From NCBI GenBank assembly GCA_965222955.1, contig OZ244974.1, forward strand, positions 1,536,226 to 1,600,225: DNA of 64,000 bases, in the 5' to 3' direction. This document shows, one piece after another, positions 49,484-59,800 of the stretch (position 1 is the stretch's first letter; each line of letters starts with the position of its first letter). The DNA comes from Hyphomicrobiales bacterium (lineage in GTDB: Bacteria > Pseudomonadota > Alphaproteobacteria > Rhizobiales > CBDCVD01). The notes under the pieces were generated by a model. It was given only the letters and a program-made list of their open reading frames with translations. It was not told the origin of the DNA and ran no database searches. The position numbers and the translations under genes were made by a program.

Positions 49484-50920
49484 ATGGCAAGCCCTGAAAA
49501 ATATACCCCTTCCGCCCGGGAAAAGGGATTTCTGGATCAGGTCCGGAACGGAAAATACAATCGCGAAATCATTACCGGATTGAAGAAATTTATCTCCGGC
49601 GATGTCCCCGATGAGATGAAGGACTTCTACAGTCGCAAGGAGTTGGACGCGCTGGTGGCGCTCGATGGCTCAAGGCGCGACGTCCAGAGCCGCATGCCGG
49701 TGAAACTCACCCGGCACTACTTCGCGCAAGCCAGGAACAGCCGGGCGATGCAGGTGCTGATCAAGGCAAGCCCGAAGGAAACCGTAGACCTCGATGGTGC
49801 CGAGGATCCGGGCAAGCAAATGGATTATAGCCCGATTGAAGGGTTAATCCACAAATACGAGTTGGGTCTCATCTACGTCGCCTCCACCTGTTCGGCCCAT
49901 TGCCGGTTCTGCTATCGTGAGGAACTGATTGCCAAAAAGGAGATAGCCCGCCCCGATGGCACCGTAGCGCCAAAAGGCCTGGCGCGGATTGGCGAGATCG
50001 TTGCCTATATCCGCGAGCACAACCGCCTGGTCGCGGGAAACGGTGGCCGGCATCCCGAAACGGGGCGCGAGAAGCTGCGCGAAATCCTGATGTCGGGGGG
50101 CGATCCGATGGTGCTCGGCAACAGGAACATCGCGCAATGGCTGGCGGCGCTGGCCGAGGCCGGTATCGAATCAATTCGTATCGGCACCAAGGAACTGGCA
50201 TTCTTTCCGGATCGCTTTGACGATACCTTTGTCGATATGCTCGACCGGTTCCACGAGACCTATCCCGAAACCAATTTGCGCCTTATGGTGCATTTCAACC
50301 ATCCGGACGAATTTCTGAAAAAGGATAGGGACGGTAACTATATCGAACACCCCCGGGGTGGCCTGGTGTGGCTTGAAAATACCCGTGCTGCGGTGAAGCG
50401 TTTGCGCCGCCGCAACTGGATCAATATGGACAACCAGGCACCGATCATCGCCGATATCAACAATGACGCGGAAGCACTCAGGATCATGCAGCGCGAGTTG
50501 AAGCGCAATGGCATTGAGAACCACTATTTCTTCTGCGGCCGTGATATCGTTGGGCACAAGGCGTTCAACGTGCCGATTGAGGAGGCCTGGCAGGTTCTCA
50601 ATGAATCGCAAAAGGGGCTTTCCGGTGTTGAGGCCCATGCCCGCCTTTCGATCACCCATTACAAGGGCAAGACGGAAGTCGCCGCTGTGACCGATGCGCC
50701 GGTCGCGGGTCTGGCGGGCGCGGAAAATGGTGTCGTGATCTTCAAACTGCTGCGCTCGGCCGCCGATGCGCCGGAGCGAGCCAGGGTGACGATCGTTGGG
50801 CGAAACCCCGAGGCCATCTGGTTCTCCGGCTATGACGATCGGGTGCTGTTCGATGAGGCCGGGCTGTATTCGATGTATGGTATCGGCCTGAGACAGGAAA
50901 AAACGGACAAGGCCGCCTGA
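49484..50920 (+). CDS. KamA-family radical SAM aminomutase-like protein
   Basis: It contains CSAHCRFCYR (CxxxCxxC) and LMSGGDPM. At 478 aa it is longer than canonical lysine 2,3-aminomutase or EpmB. Confidence 0.75.
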   Translation: MASPEKYTPSAREKGFLDQVRNGKYNREIITGLKKFISGDVPDEMKDFYSRKELDALVALDGSRRDVQSRMPVKLTRHYFAQARNSRAMQVLIKASPKETVDLDGAEDPGKQMDYSPIEGLIHKYELGLIYVASTCSAHCRFCYREELIAKKEIARPDGTVAPKGLARIGEIVAYIREHNRLVAGNGGRHPETGREKLREILMSGGDPMVLGNRNIAQWLAALAEAGIESIRIGTKELAFFPDRFDDTFVDMLDRFHETYPETNLRLMVHFNHPDEFLKKDRDGNYIEHPRGGLVWLENTRAAVKRLRRRNWINMDNQAPIIADINNDAEALRIMQRELKRNGIENHYFFCGRDIVGHKAFNVPIEEAWQVLNESQKGLSGVEAHARLSITHYKGKTEVAAVTDAPVAGLAGAENGVVIFKLLRSAADAPERARVTIVGRNPEAIWFSGYDDRVLFDEAGLYSMYGIGLRQEKTDKAA

Positions 50921-50959
50921 TCCTCCTCGCCGACAGCCCGATTGCGCAGGGCTGTGGAG

Positions 50960-51011
50960 TTGAATGTGAAAAAGTCCCCCGGCTTCGCCTCGGTCCACTT
51001 TTTCCCAATAA
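50960..51011. repeat. Family F palindromic element
   Basis: The sequence is ttgaatgtgaaaaagtcccccggcttcgcctcggtccactttttcccaataa. Further copies lie at 55362-55413 and 55986-56036, and one is split around A3 at 23345/23739. Confidence 0.6.
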
Positions 51012-51210
51012 TACCAGCGGTATTGGCGTTTTGTACGCGCTGACTTGTGTGTCGTGCTGACAAGACAACGGTTTTAATCTGCGCCGGGAGCCAAACGCAA
51101 GTCCCTGTATACCAGCGGTATTGGCGTTTTGTACGCGCTGACTTGTGTGTCGTGCTGACAAGACAACGGTTGCAAACCAGGTCAGGAGTCAAACGCAAAG
51201 CCCCTTGGTA
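51012..51210. mobile_element. Two head-to-tail family B MITEs
   Basis: The units are 51012-51109 and 51110-51210. The junction reads ...gtccctgta|taccagcgg... Confidence 0.8.
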
Positions 51211-51241
51211 TTACGCGCAAATGCGCCAAAACCTTGCAATA

Positions 51242-51409
51242 GAGCGTGTCAGGTCTTAATAGAAGCAATTCTGTTTTCCGATTGGCGGACGCCCTCGCCC
51301 AAGCCGCTCTCGAGAGATGGGTCGCCATCGCTCTTCGATCGCCTTGAGCGTGGGTATCGCCTCGCCAATCAAGAAACGAAAATTGCTTCTATTAAGACCT
51401 GACACGCTC
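51242..51409. mobile_element. Family A short variant (168 bp)
   Basis: Both ends read gagcgtgtcaggtcttaatagaagcaatt / aattgcttctattaagacctgacacgctc. It lacks the second-hairpin module. Confidence 0.8.
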
Positions 51410-51411
51410 CA

Positions 51412-51519
51412 GGACGGGCAAGCCTGACGTGACATCTCTTGCGACCGTTGCCGTGGCCATGGCCGCAGGAGGTGTCACTTCGGACCTGCCGCTTGAAAAC
51501 AGCCTGCGGTAAAATCACA
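51412..51519. repeat. Family C-like element upstream of the ALDH gene
   Basis: The sequence is ggacgggcaagcctgacgtgacatctcttgcg...gtcacttcggacctgccgcttgaaaacagcctgcggtaaaatcaca. Confidence 0.45.
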
Positions 51520-51586
51520 ACCAGAGTACCAGAGTATATGAGGGACACATTTCACCTGTATTGGTGAGCATACAAAGGAGCCGGTA

Positions 51587-53110
<1,524 letters not shown>

Positions 53111-53577
53111 TACCAGCGGTATTGGCTTCTTGTTCACGCTGGCTTGTGTATCGTGCTGATAGAGCGTGTCAGTTCTTAAGTGAACATTCTGACGGAGCGA
53201 TTTTGTGACAAGGCCAAGCAAAGTCTCGCAGGATATAGTGGGGCTATTTGCAAGAGACTTAAGGTTCATATTAGATCAGCCTGGCGTTAGCTGTACCCAT
53301 TTTGCCAAGGGTAAAGCTAACGCCATAAAGCTGATCGCCCCGAAATCCATAGCAAAAGCGCCCGTCCCTTCGGGTTTGTCGATTGGCGGGCGCCGACGCT
53401 CAAACCGATCTCATGAGATGCGCCCACATCGCATGTCGATCGGCTCAAACGTGGGTCATCTCGCCAATCGGGAAACGAAAATTGCTTCAGTTAAAAACTG
53501 AAAGGCTCCAAGACCTGACACGCTCCAGGACAGCGGTTTTAAACCGGGTCAGGAGTCAAACGCGAAGCTCCCTGGTA
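53111..53577. mobile_element. Family B MITE split by a family A insertion, starting right after the ALDH stop codon
   Basis: The left part of B (taccagcggtattggcttcttgttcacgctggcttgtgtatcgtgctga) is followed by A9. The right part of B (ggacagcggttttaaaccgggtcaggagtcaaacgcgaagctccctggta) comes after it. Confidence 0.75.
53162..53525 (-). mobile_element. Family A MITE (copy 9, divergent, with an extra internal palindromic insert)
   Basis: The ends are gagcgtgtcagttcttaagtgaacattctgacggagcg... and ...ctgaaaggctccaagacctgacacgctc. The extra segment is gatcagcctggcgttagct...agctaacgccataaagctgatc. Confidence 0.7.
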
Positions 53578-53593
53578 AGAGAAAGCAAAAGAC

Positions 53594-54661
53594 ATGACCA
53601 TCCAGACAATCGCTGTACTCGGCCTTGGCAAGGTCGGCAGGCTTGCTGCCAAATTGCTTCATGAAAACGATTTCGCCGTCACGGGCTACGATTTGCGTGC
53701 GCCGCGCGAACGTCTGCCCTTTACCATCGACAACATCGATCTTTCCTCCCATGAAGTGATGACGGGCGCGTTCGCCAGGGTCGATGCGGTTCTGTCCTGT
53801 CTTCCCTATTCCCTGAACAAGGGTGTGGTCAAGGCGGCCCATGATGTCGGCATCCACTATTTCGATCTGACCGAGGACGTGCCGACGACAAAGGCGATTA
53901 TCGAAATGGCGCAAACCTCGAAAGGCCTGATGGCGCCGCAATGCGGCCTGGCGCCTGGCTTTGTCGGTATTGTCGGCGCCGATCTGATCGGCTATTTCGA
54001 CACCTGCCGATCCTGTCGCATGCGGGTCGGTGCTTTGCCGCAGCACCCTTCGGGGCTTTTGGGCTACGCTTTCAACTGGTCGCCGGAGGGTGTTGTTAAC
54101 GAATATCTCAACGATTGCGAGGTGATCGAAGAGGGTGAGCGTAAATGGGTCTCGGCCATGGAGTGGCTGGAGACCATCTACATCGACGGGGTGAAGCTGG
54201 AAGCCTTTACCACCTCGGGCGGCCTTGGCACCATGTGCGACACCTATCTCGGCCGGGTCGCCAATATCGATTACAAGACCATGCGCTATCCCGGTCATGC
54301 GGATCTGATGAATTTCTTCTTCCATGAACTGTTGATGCGCGAGCGCCGCACCGTTGCAGGTGAAATTCTCACCCATGCCAAGCCACCGGTTGATGACGAT
54401 ATCGTCTATGTCCATGTGTCCGCCGAGGGCGAGATCGATGGCCAGCTGGAACGCAAGGAGTTCGTACGCAGCTACAGACCGATCAGCATTGCCGGGCGGC
54501 AACAGACCGCCATCGCCTGGACCACGGCGGGTTCCGTCGTTGCCGTCATCGAGATGGTGCGCGCTGGCACGCTGCCCGCCCGAGGCTTTCTCAAACAGGA
54601 GGATATCCCGCTCAAGGCCTTCCTGAAGACCGGAACCGGTGGGCTGTACGGCAATCGCTAG
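53594..54661 (+). CDS. Saccharopine dehydrogenase-family protein (possible L-lysine 6-dehydrogenase)
   Basis: It has an N-terminal Rossmann motif IAVLGLGKVGRLAA. The protein is 355 aa and lies adjacent to the ALDH7-type gene. Confidence 0.65.
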   Translation: MTIQTIAVLGLGKVGRLAAKLLHENDFAVTGYDLRAPRERLPFTIDNIDLSSHEVMTGAFARVDAVLSCLPYSLNKGVVKAAHDVGIHYFDLTEDVPTTKAIIEMAQTSKGLMAPQCGLAPGFVGIVGADLIGYFDTCRSCRMRVGALPQHPSGLLGYAFNWSPEGVVNEYLNDCEVIEEGERKWVSAMEWLETIYIDGVKLEAFTTSGGLGTMCDTYLGRVANIDYKTMRYPGHADLMNFFFHELLMRERRTVAGEILTHAKPPVDDDIVYVHVSAEGEIDGQLERKEFVRSYRPISIAGRQQTAIAWTTAGSVVAVIEMVRAGTLPARGFLKQEDIPLKAFLKTGTGGLYGNR

Positions 54662-54693
54662 CGTGTTTGTTGCGATCGCGCGGCCGATCCTGG

Positions 54694-54825
54694 ATGTGAC
54701 TTCTCAGCCGGTTGTGCTCAGGATGATCAGATGGATGGCCCGGTATGGCCTTTCTGGCGGCAAGAGTGTTAAGAGGTGTCACGTCCGCGTTGCCTGTCCT
54801 GGGAACAACCTGCTGAAAGATCACA
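54694..54825. mobile_element. Family C MITE
   Basis: The ends are atgtgacttctcagccggttgtgctcaggatgatcagatggatggcccggtatggcc... and ...cctgggaacaacctgctgaaagatcaca. Confidence 0.65.
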
Positions 54826-54826
54826 A

Positions 54827-55320
54827 CCAGGGGACTTGCGTTTGTTTCCTGACCTGGTTTACAACCGTTGTCTTATCAGCACGACACACAAGTCAGCGCG
54901 TACAACAGCCGATACCGCTGGTATACAGGGGCGTTGCGTTTGACTCCTGGGCCGGTTTAAAACCGTTGCCTTATCAGCACGACACACAAGTCAGCGCGTA
55001 CAAAACGCCGATACCGCTGGTATACAGGGGCGTTGCGTTTGACTCCTGGGCCGGTTTAAAACCGTTGCCTTATCAGCACGACACACAAGTCAGCGCGTAC
55101 AAAACGCCAGTACCGCTGGTATACAAGGGGCGTTGCGTTTGACTCCTGAACTGGTTTACAACCGTTGTCTTATCAGCACGACACACAAGTCAGCGCGTAC
55201 AAAACGCCAATACCGCTGGTATACAAGGGACTTGCGTTTGACTCCTGACCCGGTTTACAACCGTTGTCTTATCAGCACGACACACAAGTCAGCGCGTACA
55301 AAACGCCAATGCCGCTGGTA
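54827..55320. repeat. Head-to-tail array of five family B MITEs (period 99-100 bp)
   Basis: The unit junctions ...ccgctggta|tacaRgggg... sit at 54921, 55020, 55119 and 55219. The array ends with gctggta at 55320, about 180 bp before tRNA-Lys. Confidence 0.85.
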
Positions 55321-55413
55321 CCAGTCCGCCGGGCTGCCCCAAGGACTGATTTGTCCTTGTTTTATTGGGAAAAAGTGGATCGAGGCTAAGCCGAGGGACT
55401 TTTTTACATTCAA
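55321..55413. repeat. H+F composite repeat
   Basis: The sequence is ccagtccgccgggctgccccaaggactgatttgtccttgttttattgggaaaaagtggatcgaggctaagccgagggacttttttacattcaa. A second copy at 55843-56036 is interrupted by a B element with a TTA duplication. Confidence 0.6.
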
Positions 55414-55500
55414 TGATGTAGCGGACAGCGGCAGTATTATGGGACACCAGGCCCGAATATCGTCAGACGAGTATCTGTTTTATATGTGAAATATTTTGTA

Positions 55501-55576
<76 letters not shown>

Positions 55577-55717
55577 ATAAAATCAATCACTTATGTGACA
55601 CCTATGTGATTTTTTGAGAACCGTAGAGACACTTTTGCCAGGTGTGTAGACAAATTAACACCGACACCGGCCTTTTGCAGATATGGCCTTGCTGCGGACC
55701 ATTCATCCGATCATTAG

Positions 55718-55771
55718 TTGATCGTGAAGAAAGATGCTTCGCTCCGCTTGCGCGCACTTTTCTTCATTTAA
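55718..55771. repeat. Family I palindromic mini-element (copy 3), ~140 nt after tRNA-Lys
   Basis: The sequence is ttgatcgtgaagaaagatgcttcgctccgcttgcgcgcacttttcttcatttaa. Confidence 0.6.
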
Positions 55772-55884
55772 TACCGCTGGTATTACCTTGCGATTTCCGA
55801 TCATGACCAGCGGTCATGATCGGTCAATATGAATGCCAAATCAGTCCGCCGGGCCGCCCCAGGAACTGATTTGTCCTTATTTTA

Positions 55885-55985
55885 TACCAAGGGGCTTCGC
55901 GTTTGACTCCTGACCCGGTTTAAAACCGTTGTCTTGTCAGCACGATACACAAGTCAGCGTGTACAAAACGCCAATACCGCTGGTA
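55885..55985. mobile_element. Family B MITE inserted in an H+F element
   Basis: The junctions read tatttTA|taccaagggg...ccgctggta|TTAttggg. Confidence 0.8.
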
Positions 55986-56039
55986 TTATTGGGAAAATTA
56001 GACCGAGGCGAAGCCAAGGGACTTTTTCACATTCAACGA

Positions 56040-56500
56040 AGGAAGCCCTTGGAAAAATGCGTTAAGGCCGTCTCAGAGGAAAGAGATGGCCGGAAATGCG
56101 GTGCAAAAGCGTGGGGGCAGCATCGCGCTGGCCTGTCGTATTTTTCACATCAGCAAGACGTGTTATCGGTATGAACGCAAGCTCAGCGATGAGAACGCCG
56201 GGATTGCAGCCTGGCTGGTGCGATTGACTTCCACTCGCAGATCATGGAGTTTTGGTCTGTGTTTCCTGTATCTGCGCAACGTCAAAGGCTTCGAATGGAA
56301 CCACAAACGGGTTTACCGGATCCACTGTGAACTGGAGTTGCACCTTCGAATCAAGCCCAGGAAGCGCTTGAAGCGGCACAAACCTGACGAGCTGGTGGTG
56401 CCGGCTGCGCCAAACCAAACCTGATCGATGGGCTTCATGGCGGATCAACTGGCGGATGGGCGGTCGTTCCGAACGCTGAACGTGTTGGATGACTTCCAAA
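56040..56500 (+). pseudogene. IS3-family (IS407-like) transposase OrfB remnant
   Basis: It reads …SIALACRIFHISKTCYRYERK…FEWNHKRVYRIHCELELHLRIKPRKRLKR…APNQT. A TGA sits where W is expected, and the frame then continues SMGFMADQLADGRSFRTLNVLDDFQ. The catalytic DDE core is absent. Confidence 0.7.
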
Positions 56501-56722
56501 CGCCAGATGAGACGAAGGGCAGCAATTGAGCCGGTGATTGGGCATCTCAAGTCAGGGCATCGCATGGATCGGAACTATCTTGCTCATGAACAAGGCGATG
56601 CCATCAACCCGATCCTTGCGGCCGTGGGCTACAACTTCCACCTTATCCTCAAATGGATCAAGGCTTTTTGGTTCAAAATCCGGATTATGTGGATATTCAA
56701 TCAATCAGCCAAAATCGCGTAG
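56500..56722 (+). pseudogene. IS5-family (DDE_Tnp_1) transposase C-terminal remnant fused to the IS3 remnant
   Basis: The stretch RRRAAIEPVIGHLKSGHRMDRNYLAHEQGDAINPILAAVGYNFHLILKWI is the typical C-terminal block of IS5-family transposases. Nothing upstream of it survives. Confidence 0.7.
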
Positions 56723-56815
56723 TCCACAATCGACTCATCGATGCGCGCCCGTCGCGGCGGCAGGCCGGACTGGAGGATTTTTTCCGGATCGAGATTTTGC
56801 GTCGCCTTTGCCACC

Positions 56816-59800
56816 TTACCCTGGGGGGTCACCGCGCAAAGCCTCGCGCACCAGATCGGGACGATAGAGCGTATCGTGGAAATTGTCTATGGACAGGACT
56901 TCCAGGCCACGCACGACGTTGAGGTGTTTGGCGGCCTCCGGGCTTGAGGCATTGAAAAACCCTTCCGGGGTTATCACAAGCCAGGTACCATCTTTAAAGG
57001 CGATAAAGCGGGCCAGTTCCTTACCCGTCGCCACATCCCACAGGCGCGTCGTATCATCACCAGAGCCGGTGAGAACGGTGCGTCCGTCGGGGGAAAAGGC
57101 AATGCTCCTCACGTTTACGGAATGCCCCTCAAAGCGCTGGATTTCCTTACCCGTAGCCGCGTCCCACAGCCGGGCGGTGTCGTCCCCGGACCCGGTGAGA
57201 ACGGTGCCCCCGTCGGGGGAAAAGGCAACGCTGTTCGGGTTTCCGGAATGCCCTTCAAAGCGCCGGATCTCCTTACCCGTAGCCGCGTCCCACAGCCGGG
57301 CGGTGTCGTTCCAAGAGCCGGTGAGCATGGTGCGCCCGTCGGGGGAAAAGGCAACGCTGAACACAGCACCGGCATGCCCTACAAAGCGCCGGATCTCCTT
57401 ACCGGTGGCCGCGTCCCACAGCCGGGCGGTCTCGTCCTCGGCCCCGGTGAGAACGGTGCGGCCGTCGGGGGAAAAGGCAACGCTGGTCACATCGCGGGAA
57501 TGCCCTTCAAAGCGCCGGATCTCCTTGCCGGTGGTCGCGTCCCACAGCCGGGCGATGTGGTCCCAAGAGCCGGTGAGAACGGTGCGTCCGTCGGGGGAAA
57601 AGGCAACGCTGGTCACATAACCGGAATGCCCTTCAAAGCGCCTCAGTTCCTTACCCGTGACCGCGTCCCACAGCCGGGTGGTGTCGTCTACCGAGCCGGT
57701 GAGAACGGTGCCCCCGTCGGGGGAAAAGGCAACGCTCCGCACAGTATCGGCATGCCCTTGAAAGCGCCGAATCTCCTCACCGGTGGCCGCATCCCACAGC
57801 CAGGCGGTGTTGTCTACCGAGCCGGTGAGAACGGTGCGGCCGTCGGGGGAAAAGGCAACGCTGAACACAGCACCAGCATGCCCTTCAAAGCGCCGGATCT
57901 CCTTACCGGTGGCCGCGTCCCACAGCCGGGCGATGTTGTCAAACGAGCCGGTGAGAACGGTGCGGCCGTCGGGGGAAAAGGCAGCACTGGACGCAGGACG
58001 GGAATGCCCTTCAAAGCGCCGGATCTGCTTACCCGTGGCCGCGTCCCACAGCCGGGCGGTGTCGTCCCAAGAGCCGGTGAGAACGGTGCGGCCGTCGGGG
58101 GAAAAGGCAACGCTGGTCACGTCATAGGCATGCCCTTCAAAGCGCCGGATTTCCTTACCGGTGGCCGCGTCCCACAAACGGGCGGTGTTGTCCCAAGCGC
58201 CGGTGAGAACGGTGCGCCCGTCGGGGGAAAAGGCAACGCTGGTCACGTCATAGGCATGCCCTTCAAAGCGCCGGATTTCCTTACCGGTGGCCGCGTCCCA
58301 CAAACGGGCGGTGTTGTCCCAAGCGCCGGTGAGAACGGTGCGCCCGTCGGGGGAAAAGGCAACGCTGGACACAACATGGGAATGCCCTACAAAGCGCCGG
58401 ATCTCCTTACCGGTGGCCGCGTCCCACAGCCGGGCGGTGTTGTCTACCGAGCCGGTGAGAACGGTGCGCCCGTCGGGGGAAAAGGCAACGCTGGTCACAT
58501 CGCGGGAATGCCCTTCAAAGCGCCGGATCTCTTCACCGGTGGCCACGTCCCACAGCCGGGCGGTGCTGTCCCGGGATCCGGTGAGGACGGTGCCCCCGTC
58601 GGGGGAAAAGGCAACACTGGACACATAATCGGCATGCCCTTCAAAGCGCCGGATCTCCTTACCGGTAGCCGCGTCCCACAGCTGGGCGGTGTTGTCCCAA
58701 GAGCCGGTGAGAACGGTGCGCCCGTCGGGGGAAAAGGCAACGCTCCACACACCTTCGGCATGCCCTTCAAAGCGCCGGATCTCCTTACCCGTGGCCGCAT
58801 CCCACAGCCGCGCGGTATTGTCCATAGAGTTGGTAAAAACGGTGCGCCCGTCGGGGGAAAAGGCAACACTGGACACATAATCGGCATGCCCTTCAAAGCG
58901 CCGGATCTCCTTACCCGTGGCCGCGTCCCACAAACGGGCGGTCTTGTCCATAGAGCCGGTGAGAACGGTGCCCCCTTCGGGGGAAAAGGCAACACTGTAC
59001 ACCCCATCGGCATGCTCCACAAAGCGATCGGCATGCCCCACAAAGCGCTGGATCTCCTTACCCGTAGCCGCGTCCCACAGCCGGGCGGTGTTGTCCCGGG
59101 ACCCGGTGAGAACGGTGCCCCCGTCGGGGGAAAAGGCAACGCTCCAAACATTATCGGCATGCCCTTCAAAGCGCCGGATCTCCTTACCCGTGGCCGCGTC
59201 CCACAAACGGGCGGTCTTGTCCATAGAGCCGGTGAGAACGGTGCCCCCTTCGGGGGAAAAGGCAACACTGTACACCCCATCGGCATGCTCCACAAAGCGA
59301 TCGGCATGCCCCACAAAGCGCTGGATCTCCTTACCCGTAGCCGCGTCCCACAGCCGGGCGGTGTTGTCCCGGGACCCGGTGAGAACGGTGCCCCCGTCGG
59401 GGGAAAAGGCAACGCTCCAAACATTATCGGCATGCCCTTCAAAGCGCCGGATCTCCTTACCCGTGGCCGCGTCCCACAAACGGGCGGTCTTGTCCATAGA
59501 GCCGGTGAGAACGGTGCCCCCTTCGGGGGAAAAGGCAACACTGTACACCCCATCGGCATGCTCCACAAAGCGATCGGCATGCCCCACAAAGCGCTGGATC
59601 TCCTTACCCGTAGCCGCGTCCCACAGCCGGGCGGTGTTGTCCCGGGACCCGGTGAGAACGGTGCCCCCGTCGGGGGAAAAGGCAACGCTCCAAACATTAT
59701 CGGCATGCCCTTCAAAGCGCCGGATCTCCTTACCCGTGGCCGCGTCCCACAAACGGGCGGTCTTGTCCATAGAGCCGGTGAGAACGGTGCCCCCTTCGGG

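Noticed and set aside
54827-55320. A possible CRISPR array: regularly spaced repeats here, and the 273-bp periodicity at 58883-60513.
   Set aside because: No unique spacers separate the units. Here the units are complete 100-bp MITEs abutting each other. The 273-bp repeat is coding sequence of WD40 blades. Neither lies adjacent to the cas genes.
55577-55612. The hairpin aatcac...gtgattttttt after tRNA-Lys as a terminator.
   Set aside because: The stem is only ~6 bp with a 15-nt loop. That is too weak to call confidently without folding energies.
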